A DNA stretch of 64,000 bases from Chlorobiota bacterium (lineage in GTDB: Bacteria > Bacteroidota > Ignavibacteria > Kapaibacteriales > NICIL-2), in assembly GCA_026415505.1 (NCBI GenBank), contig JAOAGY010000019.1:7485-71484 (forward strand). Reading direction: 5' to 3'. Made by a program: the position numbers and the translations under genes. This document shows positions 30,346 to 40,050 of the stretch, one piece after another. How positions within the stretch are numbered: the first letter of the stretch is position 1; every line of letters begins with the position of its first letter. The notes beneath the pieces were generated by a model. It was not told the DNA's origin and made no database searches. It was given only the letters and a program-made list of their open reading frames with translations.

Positions 30346-31503
30346 TCACCGCAATCGGCTGAATGTTTTCGGGTCGAACGCTTCGCGGATCGCTTCGCCG
30401 ATGAACACCACCAGCATCAGCGTCACAAAGAGTGCTCCCAGCGGTACGAGCACGAGCCACCAATAACCGCTGGTGAGATTTTCCATGCCGATCGAGACCA
30501 TTTCGCCCCAGCTCGGTGTCGGTGGCGCCAGCCCGAAGCCGAGAAAATCCAAACTGACCAGTGCTCCGATGTCACCGACGATCGCAAACGGGAAGAACGT
30601 GATGATCGGCACGAGCGAATTCGGCAAAATGTGTTTGAGCAGAATCTTTCGCGTCGGCACACCGATCGAGATTGCTGCCGCCGTGTAGTCGCGCGTCTTT
30701 TCGCGATAAAACTGCGCCCGCATCTGCTGTGCAATGCCGAGCCACGAGAAAATCACCAGCAGCAGCACCAGCACGAAAAAGCTCGGTCGGACGATCGAGA
30801 CGACGATGATGATCAAGAACAAAAACGGCAGCGATCCCCAAATCTCCATGAAGCGTTGCATGAGCAAATCGAACCATCGCCCGAAATAGCCCATCAGCGC
30901 GCCGAGCGGGACGCCGATCAAATACGACAGCGACGCCACCAACAACGCGAACGAAAACGAAATCTGGAAACCGTATGCCATGCGAGCCAGCACGTCCCGA
31001 CCGCGATCGTCCGTGCCGAAAAGATGCATATCGCCGAACATATCGCGCGACAGTGGCGGCATGAACGGTTCGTTGCCTTCGACCGAAATATCCTCGATCG
31101 GACCGAACGGATAGGGCGGCATGATGACGTAGTTGCCTTTGCCTTCGGCTTCGTACTGGCGTTTGAGCGCGCGGTAGTTGCACTCGCTTTTGTTGCCGAC
31201 TTGCCCTAACTCTTCGCCCGAAATGAACGGCGTTCCGCCGAGTTGACCGACGATCGGCAGATCGAGCAAATCGCGAAAGGCGGGGAAATACGTCTGTCCG
31301 TTGTAGTGAACCACCAGCGCACGGTTGTTGACCAGCAGCGGCAAGAAAAACGACACAAGGTACGCTCCCACAAGGATGAGCATCGAATAGTAGCCGCGTT
31401 TGAACGAGCGGAACTTGCGCCACCGCCGTTGCTGGATCGAGAGAATTTCCTCCCCCGACGCGCTGTTCGAGGGTGTTGCAGCAAGTGTTTCGGTTTCTGC
31501 CAT
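30346..31503 (-). CDS. Peptide ABC transporter permease (OppC/YejE-like)
   Basis: HLFGTDDRGRDV, HILPNS, LDFLGFG, PSWG. Confidence 0.9.
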   Translation of the reverse strand: MAETETLAATPSNSASGEEILSIQQRRWRKFRSFKRGYYSMLILVGAYLVSFFLPLLVNNRALVVHYNGQTYFPAFRDLLDLPIVGQLGGTPFISGEELGQVGNKSECNYRALKRQYEAEGKGNYVIMPPYPFGPIEDISVEGNEPFMPPLSRDMFGDMHLFGTDDRGRDVLARMAYGFQISFSFALLVASLSYLIGVPLGALMGYFGRWFDLLMQRFMEIWGSLPFLFLIIIVVSIVRPSFFVLVLLLVIFSWLGIAQQMRAQFYREKTRDYTAAAISIGVPTRKILLKHILPNSLVPIITFFPFAIVGDIGALVSLDFLGFGLAPPTPSWGEMVSIGMENLTSGYWWLVLVPLGALFVTLMLVVFIGEAIREAFDPKTFSRLR

Positions 31504-31515
31504 GGTCACAGCCTC

Positions 31516-32751
31516 CTACTTGAAGCGAATGCGTGGATCGACGATCGCCAGCGCCAGGTCCGACAGTATCGAACCGATGAGCGTAACGACGACACTGATG
31601 ACCGTGAAAGCGAACACGATCGGATAATCGCGCGCGACGAGTGCTTCGAACGAGAGCTGCCCGATGCCCTGGATGTCGAAAACGCGTTCGATCAGATACG
31701 AACCGGCAAAAAAGACGCCGATGACATAGCCGATGTTCGCCGTGATCGGGATGATCGAATTGCGCATGGCATGGAGCCAGATGACGCGCTGTTCGCGCAG
31801 ACCTTTGGCGAAAGCCGTGCGGATGTAATCGCTCGACAGCGTATCGAGCAGCGAGTTTTTCATCAGCATCGTCAGCACCGCGAAGCTACCGGCGGTGTAC
31901 GCCAGCGTCGGTAGCACGAAGTGATAGGCGCGATCCCAGATTTTTTCGAGCAGGTTCATTTCGGCATACAGCGGGTCCTCGAACCCTCCGAGCGGGAAGA
32001 TCGGCAAGAAGCGGTCGGTCGCCAAGAGCACCAGCAACACCGCACCGATCGCCCAGCCGGGAATCGAGTACGTGATGAACACTGCGCTCGATGTCGCAAA
32101 GTCGAACGGTGTGTTGTGGCGCAGTGCTTTCTGCACGCCCAAGTAGATGCTGATGGCGTAGCTGAGCACGAAGCTGATGATGCCGAATTGCACCGAAACA
32201 GGAAGCCGCTCTGCGATCAACTCCATGACCGGTTTGCGGAAGCGATACGAGCGCCCGAAATCGCCTGTCAATATGCCGCTGTACGCTTCGAGGTAGACGC
32301 GGTAGCGCGTCGCGCCCGTTTCTTCGTCGCGTTCGGCGCGCCATTTCCACTCGCCGATCGGTTTGGATGGATCGTCGGCATCGCGCAGGACGAAGCTTTT
32401 TCCATCGGGTACAAGGACGAGCCGCTGATTTTCTCCCACCAAGCGCGGCTTGCCCGGTTCGATGCGGTAGGATTTGGCTTCGCGCTTCATCACACCGAGC
32501 CAGATGAGATAGCGTTGCCAGATGGGTTTGTCGAAACCGTAGAAGCGCTTGAGTTCCTCGATGGCATCTTTCGGGAGCGCTTGTTCGCCGACCAGTCCCG
32601 CGCCACCTGTTTCAGCGCCGCGCTTGAGCGCCTGAATTTGCTGCTCGAGCGGTCCACCCGGCGCGAGTTGCACCACCAAGAACACGACGAATGTGCTGCC
32701 GAGAAATGTCGGGATCGTCAGTAAAATCCGGCGTATGAAATACTCGACCAT
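31516..32751 (-). CDS. Peptide ABC transporter permease (OppB/YejB-like)
   Basis: YFIRRILL, YGFDKP, GDFGRS, AFAKGL, HAMRNS. Confidence 0.9.
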   Translation of the reverse strand: MVEYFIRRILLTIPTFLGSTFVVFLVVQLAPGGPLEQQIQALKRGAETGGAGLVGEQALPKDAIEELKRFYGFDKPIWQRYLIWLGVMKREAKSYRIEPGKPRLVGENQRLVLVPDGKSFVLRDADDPSKPIGEWKWRAERDEETGATRYRVYLEAYSGILTGDFGRSYRFRKPVMELIAERLPVSVQFGIISFVLSYAISIYLGVQKALRHNTPFDFATSSAVFITYSIPGWAIGAVLLVLLATDRFLPIFPLGGFEDPLYAEMNLLEKIWDRAYHFVLPTLAYTAGSFAVLTMLMKNSLLDTLSSDYIRTAFAKGLREQRVIWLHAMRNSIIPITANIGYVIGVFFAGSYLIERVFDIQGIGQLSFEALVARDYPIVFAFTVISVVVTLIGSILSDLALAIVDPRIRFK

Positions 32752-32784
32752 CGCTTGGCTCGGTGTTGAGTGACACTTCCGTTT

Positions 32785-34758
32785 TCAGAACTGGAATGCG
32801 TACTTGGGATCGCGCTGGGCGAGTTCTTTCCAGTAGCGCACTTCCTGAATGCCCTTCGGTCCGCCGAGGTCTTCGCCGTTTCGCATCGCGCGGCGCAACC
32901 GTTCTGCTTTGTCGGGATCGTACCACCACGTCGCCGCCGCCACCGAGTACACGTAGCTGAGTTGTGTGTAGCGCGGCAACACGTATTCGGGCATGCCGAA
33001 TTTGTCCCAGTACGCGATGCGGATACCGCGTGGATTCCACGAATAGACGTTGAACCACATCGTCGCACAAATGCTGTCGATGGCGCGGATGATGCGCACT
33101 TGGTCGCGGAACGAGAACGCGGTATCGTAGGCAGCGATGAGCGCATCGATGTCTTTGCTTTTGACACCTTGGATGTTGTTGTTGTCGGTTTTGTCTGCCA
33201 GGTCCGATCGCAGCGAGGTCTCCGGATTGGGCACGAGCAAACCCGTGTAGCCGAAGTAGAACAGGCTGAAGTTCCGCGCATCGACGTTCTTGATGAGCGT
33301 GATCCAGTCTTCGTACTTGAGCTGCAGGTCGATTCCCGCTTTGCGCAGCTCTTGTTGATACGGCGTGATGAATCGCGCAACCGGCGGCTGGATGGACATC
33401 TCGATGCGGAAGGGCTGACCGTTCTTGACGCGAATGCCTTCCTCGTTGCGCTTGTTCCAGCCGGCTTCGTCGAGCAAACGATTGGCGAGCTCCGGATTGA
33501 ACGTCACTTTCGGATTGTTCGGGTTGGCGTACACCGTGCCGGGATACTGCGAGTCGTACGGCTCGTACTCGCCGAAGAGCAGCTTCTGCACGATTTGCTC
33601 GCGCGGATACAAGTACGCGAACGCTTTCCGAACACGGATGTCGTCGAAAGGTGGCTTGCGCATGTTGAACGCGATGCCGCCGGTGCCCATCGGTCCATCG
33701 GTATAGACGCGCACACGCCGTATCCAGCCGAGTCGAATCGCATCGCTGGCGGTGTCGCCAAGCCATTTCGGCGTCGTCAGCATGGTGAAGCGGTAGATGT
33801 CGGCTTGCCCCTTCTTGAAACGTTCGTATTCGACGAGCGGATTGTCGGTGACGATCTCGTACACGATGCGATCGAAATTGCCGACGTAGCGCATCATCGG
33901 ATAGTCTTTTGCCCAGTAATCGTCGCGGCGAGTGAGCACGTACCGCTTGCCGAGTTTGACGTCTTGTTCGAGGACGATGTATTCGCCCGAACCGGACGGC
34001 ATGTTGTAGTTGAAGCGATCGAGGAATTCGTCGCCGGTCAAGTTGCCGATCTCGGCGGCACAGAAAATCTGCATCGAGCTAGCAAAGTAGAGCAGGTTGC
34101 GGAAGTTCAGCGTCTTGCAGCGAACGCGCACGAGATACTTGCTGAGCACTTCCGGCTCTTCGAACTTGCTGAAGACCACTTGGAGCGCCGGTTCGAGGAT
34201 GGATTCGTCCATCAACAGTCGCCACGTTGCGCGGACGTCCTCGGCTGTCACCGGCAGACCGTTCGAGAATCGCGCATTCGGGTCAATGCGAAACGTGAAC
34301 GTCATTTTGTCCTCGCTGATTTTCCAATGCGAGGCGAGCGCCGGAACGAACTCCCGCGTGACGGGGTGCGTCGAAAGGAGCGTTTCGTACACGAAGCTGT
34401 TGATTTCGCTGTTGTACACCGTGTTGCTGTTCTGCCCGACGGGACGGAACGTCGCGGGGAACTGGTTCGAGATGATGTGAATCTCGCCGCCCGTTCGTGC
34501 GCGTGGGTCGCCGAAGTACTTCAACTCATCTGGCGAGGGAACGTATGTCGTAAAGCCGAGTTTGTCGGCGATCAGCTCGAAGCCTGCACCGCCGAGCGAA
34601 TCGGGCACCGACGGATCGGCACCGGGCGGGACGTTGTACTTCTTCCACAGGTACGTTTTGCTCGACATGCTCTGCGGCGCGATTGCCCGTTTCTGCGACG
34701 GACAACCAGCGAGCACCATCGCGACCGCCACAGCGACGACACGGAACAGCACTTTCAT
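32785..34758 (-). CDS. Peptide ABC transporter substrate-binding lipoprotein (family 5, YejA/OppA-like)
   Basis: Lipobox VLAGC, YETLL, FSNGLPVTAEDV, PPFDDIRVRKAF. Start at ATG 34758. Confidence 0.88.
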   Translation of the reverse strand: MKVLFRVVAVAVAMVLAGCPSQKRAIAPQSMSSKTYLWKKYNVPPGADPSVPDSLGGAGFELIADKLGFTTYVPSPDELKYFGDPRARTGGEIHIISNQFPATFRPVGQNSNTVYNSEINSFVYETLLSTHPVTREFVPALASHWKISEDKMTFTFRIDPNARFSNGLPVTAEDVRATWRLLMDESILEPALQVVFSKFEEPEVLSKYLVRVRCKTLNFRNLLYFASSMQIFCAAEIGNLTGDEFLDRFNYNMPSGSGEYIVLEQDVKLGKRYVLTRRDDYWAKDYPMMRYVGNFDRIVYEIVTDNPLVEYERFKKGQADIYRFTMLTTPKWLGDTASDAIRLGWIRRVRVYTDGPMGTGGIAFNMRKPPFDDIRVRKAFAYLYPREQIVQKLLFGEYEPYDSQYPGTVYANPNNPKVTFNPELANRLLDEAGWNKRNEEGIRVKNGQPFRIEMSIQPPVARFITPYQQELRKAGIDLQLKYEDWITLIKNVDARNFSLFYFGYTGLLVPNPETSLRSDLADKTDNNNIQGVKSKDIDALIAAYDTAFSFRDQVRIIRAIDSICATMWFNVYSWNPRGIRIAYWDKFGMPEYVLPRYTQLSYVYSVAAATWWYDPDKAERLRRAMRNGEDLGGPKGIQEVRYWKELAQRDPKYAFQF

Positions 34759-34915
34759 TTCAGCGACGAATTGTTCGGTCTGTTTTCGCAGTGTGAAAAT
34801 ATGGAACGCTGCGCCGATTTCGCCGCGCAGTCGAGAAAACAGCGGCACTCGCACGTGAACCTAATTTCGCGCCCGTGCATCGTATCACCGCAAAGTTCCA
34901 CATTCCCGATCGCCG

Positions 34916-35857
34916 ATGATCACATACGATCCCGCCAGTGTACCGCATCCGCAGATGCACGGTATTTTGCTCAGCGGTGTTGCCCCACGTCCGATCGCGT
35001 TCGTTGCATCGCGTTCACCGCAAGGCGACGTCAACTTGGCGCCGTTCAGCTTCTTCAACGCGTTCGCATCGAAGCCGCCGGTCGTCGCCATCGGTCCGGC
35101 AGTGAGTGTGCGCAGCGGCAAAGTCAAAGACACCTGGCGAAACATCCTCGACACGGGCGAATGCACGATCAGCGCCGTAACCTACGGCATGCTCCACCAG
35201 ATGAATCTCGCGGCAGCCGAATATCCTCATGGCACCGATGAATTCGTCAAAGCAGGTTTGACGAAAGTGCCCGCCGAAACAGTCGGCGTTCCCTACGTCG
35301 GCGAATCACCGTTCGCGATGGAGTGTCGCTTGATCCAAAACATCGAGCTGTTTCGAGAAGAAGGCGGCAACGGAAATATCATGCTGCTCCGCGTTCATCG
35401 CATTCACGTCAAAGAGTCCGTTCTCACCGACGGAAAGATCGATCCGCGCAAGATGGACTTGGTCGCACGCATGGGCTATCACTGGTATGCGCGCGTCACA
35501 CCGGAGGTCTGCTTCGAACTGCCGCAACCGGGCGAAAAGCTCGGTATCGGTTTCGATGCACTGCCGGAGCCGATTCGCCGTTCGCCGATTTTGACGGGCA
35601 ACGATCTCGGACTATTGGCATCGGTACTCGAACTACCGGCACGCGATCCGTCGTTTGCCGAGATCGGCTCCAACGCCGACTCCATCGAACACGAACTGAT
35701 CGCGAGCAATCCGCGTGGCGCACTCGATGCAGCACTCCGCACGGGCGACCGTTCGCCGTGGACGCTCCACCGGATCGCGCGAGCATTTTTGGGGCGGGGG
35801 GACCTCATCGGCGCGTGGCAAACGCTGTATCTTGCACATCCGGAGATCGCCCCGTAA
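34916..35857 (+). CDS. Flavin reductase family (DIM6/NTAB) protein
   Basis: VAPRPIAFV, NLAPFSFFN, KDTWRNI, LVARMGYHWY. Confidence 0.9.
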   Translation: MITYDPASVPHPQMHGILLSGVAPRPIAFVASRSPQGDVNLAPFSFFNAFASKPPVVAIGPAVSVRSGKVKDTWRNILDTGECTISAVTYGMLHQMNLAAAEYPHGTDEFVKAGLTKVPAETVGVPYVGESPFAMECRLIQNIELFREEGGNGNIMLLRVHRIHVKESVLTDGKIDPRKMDLVARMGYHWYARVTPEVCFELPQPGEKLGIGFDALPEPIRRSPILTGNDLGLLASVLELPARDPSFAEIGSNADSIEHELIASNPRGALDAALRTGDRSPWTLHRIARAFLGRGDLIGAWQTLYLAHPEIAP

Positions 35858-35914
35858 CCTTTGGGGCACTCGATCGTAAACATCGGCAGTCGTTCACCAA
35901 GAAAGTCCGGCTCT

Positions 35915-36610
35915 ATGCCCCGCAGGCAGTGGCTCGGCGTTGCACTCGTCGCTGTTGGCATCGTGCTCTTGCTCGATGCGCTCGGGATCGTTTCGGGTAT
36001 CGGATGGTTGTTCGATTGGTGGCCACTGCTTTTGATCGCAGTCGGTGTGCGCATGGTGCTGCGTAAACCGGAGAGCCTCACCGGCAGCCTTTTGATCATC
36101 GCGCTCGGTTGTTTGCTGCTGGCAGACAACGTCATCCCCGGTTTCGACTTTTGGGTCGCCGCTGTGCCCGTCCTATTCATCGTGCTGGGCATCGGCATTA
36201 TCCTCCGACCCACTCACCGCCGCATCGGACATCGCACGGTATCGTTCGCCTTCGGCAGCCGCGATCGAACCGTCAGCGACGAATTGATCGAGGTGACCGC
36301 GGTATTCAGCGGTGTGCATCAGGTGATCGTTTCCCAGAACTTCCGTGGCGGCACAGTCCAAGCCATTTTCGGCGGCGTCGAGCTGGACTTCCGCACCGCG
36401 CAGATGGCAGCAATGGAAGCCTCGCTGGACATCGAAACGATTTTCGGTGGCGTCGAAATTCTCGTTCCTCCGCATTGGGCAGTCACCGTCGAAGGAACGC
36501 CGCTTTTCGGTGGCATCGAAAACAGAGCTCGCTCGACCGCACCGAACGGTGACACGCCCGTTCTCCGCATCCGTGCAAATGCTGTTTTCGGCGGCATCGA
36601 GATTCGCTGA
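35915..36610 (+). CDS. LiaF-like cell-envelope stress membrane protein
   Basis: Four TM segments (WWPLLLIAVG) followed by a beta-helix domain AIFGGVELDFR...FGGIEIR. Confidence 0.8.
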   Translation: MPRRQWLGVALVAVGIVLLLDALGIVSGIGWLFDWWPLLLIAVGVRMVLRKPESLTGSLLIIALGCLLLADNVIPGFDFWVAAVPVLFIVLGIGIILRPTHRRIGHRTVSFAFGSRDRTVSDELIEVTAVFSGVHQVIVSQNFRGGTVQAIFGGVELDFRTAQMAAMEASLDIETIFGGVEILVPPHWAVTVEGTPLFGGIENRARSTAPNGDTPVLRIRANAVFGGIEIR

Positions 36611-36675
36611 ATCAAAATTTCGCACGAGCCGTTTCTGCACTCGAACGATGCAGTCCGGATTCCCAGCCAGCGATC

Positions 36676-37248
36676 ATGGCAGGCGATTACACGACGTTCA
36701 GCGACGGCGAATTGTACGGCATGCTCAACGTGCGCGAGCATCGCGAACGTGCATTCGCTGAAATCTACCGTCGCTACGGACAGCGCATCTACGCCTACTG
36801 CCGAAAGATTCTCCTCGATTCGCGCGATGCCGACGACGCTCTCCAGGAAACGTTCCTGAAGTTTCTCGGCAGCGTGCGGCAGGACCGCCAGATGACCAAT
36901 CTGCCGGCATACTTGCTGACGATCGCGCGCAACGTGTGCATGGACATGTTCGAGCAGCGCCGCCCGCACGTCGAGCTGATCGAGGATGTGCACGGCGCTA
37001 CCGACGATCGCTCCGTCGAACGCGACGAAATCAATTCCCTTGTCACGATGGCGCTGGACCTTCTTCCGCAGGAGTGGCGCGAAGCTGTCGTCATGCAGCT
37101 CTACGCAAACATGAGCTACGAGGAAATCTCCGCAGCGATGAACGTACCGGTAACGACGATTCGCAACTGGCTGTGCCGCGGCAAACAGCGGCTGCGCGAA
37201 ATACTGCAGCCCTACTTCGACGAACGCGATGTCGAATCTCCCCAATGA
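36676..37248 (+). CDS. ECF RNA polymerase sigma factor
   Basis: AFAEIYRRY, DDALQETF, WREAVVMQ, MSYEEIS, TIRNWLCRGKQRL. Confidence 0.93.
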   Translation: MAGDYTTFSDGELYGMLNVREHRERAFAEIYRRYGQRIYAYCRKILLDSRDADDALQETFLKFLGSVRQDRQMTNLPAYLLTIARNVCMDMFEQRRPHVELIEDVHGATDDRSVERDEINSLVTMALDLLPQEWREAVVMQLYANMSYEEISAAMNVPVTTIRNWLCRGKQRLREILQPYFDERDVESPQ

Positions 37249-37254
37249 CCGACG

Positions 37255-38430
37255 ATGGACGAGCTGACCTATCGCGACATGATCGACCTCTATCTCGACG
37301 GCGTGCTTCCGAGCGAGCAGCGAAGCGTGCTCTTTTCGGCATTGGCGTCGAGCGAAGAATTGCAAACCGATTTTCATCGTGCACTGGCAATTCGGCTGGC
37401 GAGTTTCCACCATGCGCAGACGCTCATCCCTCCGCCCGAAGTGAGCGCTCGCATTCTCGCTGCTGCAGCTCCTGCAGCAGAAGGTATCGTCGTGCGATTG
37501 CGGCGATTGACCCGAACGGCGACATTCCGCACAGCACTGGCGACAGCAGCAGCACTGACGGTCGGCTTTTTTGTCGGACGCATCAGCGCACCGGAGAGCG
37601 TTCCATCGCCGCTTCTGCCGACAACGACCGCGGCATCCTCGATGCAGAAAGCCAGCTCTTCGCCGCCGCAACCGCCAATCGCTCCGAAGGCGGCAATTGC
37701 GCAACACCCACGGCAGACAATCGTACCGGCACCGATCGCAAGCGACTCTGCAACGGACAATGGCAGCACTGAGGAATCTCCGCTCGTCTCCATCGAACAT
37801 GCCGACGCAGCAGCACCGACGAACATTCCGCTACCGGCACGGCAGAACATCTTCGTTCACACAATCGCGGCACCGAGCGCAGCGCCGACTCGCCGAACCG
37901 ATGCGCTCGATCTGCTCCTTGCCGAATCTCCCTCGTCGGAGCTTGCCCTCAGCGTTCGTCGCACCAGCACGATTCTCCTGCGTCAACAACCACTGGTGCG
38001 GCTGAACTCGTCGTCTCCGCTGGAAAACACGATTGTTTCGATCGAATACCGCGAGCGCAACGTCGGTGTGTTCGCCCAAGCAGGCTTCGAGCAGTTTCCC
38101 ATCTACGAGGTCGGTTACAACCCGGACGGTACGCAGTCGCTGACACTTCACCAGCAACTGTGGTGGGTCGGTGGCGGTTTGCGGGCATACCTGCCGCTGG
38201 GCGACGACAATCTTTTGTTACGCTCGATCCGTCCAGTCGCGGCGATCATGCTCGGCACCAGTGCGTATGGCGTGCTCGGCAGAGCCGAACTCGGCGTCGT
38301 GTGGGAACCATTGCCCCATGTCGGCGTGCAGTGGCTGCTGGAAGGAATGGTGCACTCGCACGGTGTCGGCACAAACTGGGAACACGCAGAAAAACTCGGC
38401 GGAAGCATCGGCTTAGTCTTCCGCTTCTGA
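37255..38430 (+). CDS. Putative anti-sigma factor with a TM segment, a P/A-rich linker and a C-terminal beta-barrel-like domain
   Basis: Follows the ECF gene. N-terminal MIDLYLDGVL, TM ALATAAALTVGFFVG, C-terminal GGSIGLVFRF. Confidence 0.6.
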   Translation: MDELTYRDMIDLYLDGVLPSEQRSVLFSALASSEELQTDFHRALAIRLASFHHAQTLIPPPEVSARILAAAAPAAEGIVVRLRRLTRTATFRTALATAAALTVGFFVGRISAPESVPSPLLPTTTAASSMQKASSSPPQPPIAPKAAIAQHPRQTIVPAPIASDSATDNGSTEESPLVSIEHADAAAPTNIPLPARQNIFVHTIAAPSAAPTRRTDALDLLLAESPSSELALSVRRTSTILLRQQPLVRLNSSSPLENTIVSIEYRERNVGVFAQAGFEQFPIYEVGYNPDGTQSLTLHQQLWWVGGGLRAYLPLGDDNLLLRSIRPVAAIMLGTSAYGVLGRAELGVVWEPLPHVGVQWLLEGMVHSHGVGTNWEHAEKLGGSIGLVFRF

Positions 38431-40050
38431 CGTGTTGAACGGCGCCCGCGGTTCAACGAACACTACCCACTCGCGGAGCAGGTCCACCACACCGGCTCCG
38501 CTTCTTTTCGGCTTGCGCAAGTACTTCCGCTGCGTCCACGAAACCGGCACATAGCTGGCATTCCGCGCAGCCGAGTAATACGCCACGATCGCCGCTGCGT
38601 ACTCAATCACCTCGGAGGGCGGAAGCTGGCGCGTGCGAAGCGGAACGATGCCGTGCGCTCCTTCGACACCCCGCGCATGGAGCCAGACGTCGTGCGGACG
38701 AGCGACGCGGAACGTCAGCTCGTCGTTGCTGCGGGCATCCTTGCCGACCAGCAGCACGTAGCCCTGCGGCAATGCGAATTGTCGAAAGCGCGAGCGCAGT
38801 TTCTCCGGCAGTGCTTCCGCAACGCGCGCAGCTCGCTGGGGAAACAGCTCTCCCTCGATCGCTGCGACGGCATCGATTGTTTCGGCGCGTGCGAGATTTG
38901 CCAATGCAGCGACCAGCACCGTATGGCGACGGGCGATGTCTTCTTTGCGACGACGAGCATATTCGGCACCGCGACGAATTTTTCGCGCTGCGGCAAAATA
39001 TCGCTCGGCATTTTCGATGACCGTTCGTGCTGGATCGAGCGGGATCGTTTCTTCCGAACCATCCCAACCGGCAATGGTCAGTTCCGTCAGTCCCCGGCGA
39101 TGGCGATCGGGATGTGCGATCAATAGCTGTCCCCAGCGGTCGTAGCGCTCGGCATCGGGGGCACTGGCGATGTCGCGCTCGATCGCAGCGAGCGTTCGCT
39201 GGACACGCTCCAATTCAGCGCGGATGCGGCGCTCGAGGCGTTGCCGCTCGCGTTGGAGCGACCATTGCCGCCATATCGTTCGGACGCGACGGCGAATTCC
39301 CTCTTCGACGCTCGGCACGCGCTCGATTTCCCACTCGCCGTCGAGCACGGAATCGAGCAGAAAAAGCTCTTCATCGCCACGACGTGCGACGACCGGCGTC
39401 GGATTGCAGATCAATTGCTGACGGTAAGCGAGCGCTCGAGCGATGATGTGCGTTTGCCGGTCACTGCCGATACTGCCCCACGTGCGGGAGCATTCGATGC
39501 CGATCGCATTGCACAGCCGCACAGCATACGGCTCGGCAAGCAGAATGCGGCTGCGCTGGAGAACCTCGACGACCGTCGCATCGCGGGGGCACTCCATCGG
39601 TTCGGGAAGGTGCGACTGTGGCAATTGCAACTGCGCGCCGACACTGACGCCCGGCGTCTGCCGAACAGTGGCGACGACAAGTCCGGACGCTCGCTCGCAC
39701 ACGATGGTATTTGCCCGTGCACCAGGAATGGCGACGAACACCACAAGCCACCGATCGAGCGTGAGCGTGAGGATGCGTTCGGCGTCGGCGATAGCGAGTG
39801 TTTCGATCGGCGACAGCTCGATCATCGGAAAAATTCGTTCGCGGTTGCGGGGTGGATTGGCACGTTGAACGTAGATGGTTCCGAGCGGTGGCTGCAGAGC
39901 ATGCACAAGTTGTAGCGTTCCTGCCGGCGTTTCGATGTGCATGCCGATCTCGCCATCGCTGCTGCGATAACATTCGACGACGGCTGCGCGGTCGAGCTGC
40001 GGGCGAAGTTCTTCGACCAATGCCGCCAGTGTCGTCCAGTGCCGAATCAT
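38413..40050 (-). CDS. NFACT (FbpA/RqcH-like) family protein
   Basis: IPLDPARTVIENAERYF, LLVGKDARSNDELT, DVWLHARGVEGAHGI, AAAIVAYYS. Start at ATG 40050. Confidence 0.88.
   Translation of the reverse strand: MIRHWTTLAALVEELRPQLDRAAVVECYRSSDGEIGMHIETPAGTLQLVHALQPPLGTIYVQRANPPRNRERIFPMIELSPIETLAIADAERILTLTLDRWLVVFVAIPGARANTIVCERASGLVVATVRQTPGVSVGAQLQLPQSHLPEPMECPRDATVVEVLQRSRILLAEPYAVRLCNAIGIECSRTWGSIGSDRQTHIIARALAYRQQLICNPTPVVARRGDEELFLLDSVLDGEWEIERVPSVEEGIRRRVRTIWRQWSLQRERQRLERRIRAELERVQRTLAAIERDIASAPDAERYDRWGQLLIAHPDRHRRGLTELTIAGWDGSEETIPLDPARTVIENAERYFAAARKIRRGAEYARRRKEDIARRHTVLVAALANLARAETIDAVAAIEGELFPQRAARVAEALPEKLRSRFRQFALPQGYVLLVGKDARSNDELTFRVARPHDVWLHARGVEGAHGIVPLRTRQLPPSEVIEYAAAIVAYYSAARNASYVPVSWTQRKYLRKPKRSGAGVVDLLREWVVFVEPRAPFNTSEAED

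Noticed and set aside
32770-35241. Very long antisense ORFs (also 46591-49170, 44889-46844, 25556-27466, 40518-42302, 3377-4798)
   Set aside because: They are shadows of well-supported genes on the opposite strand, expected from GC-rich codon bias, and contain no recognisable motifs.
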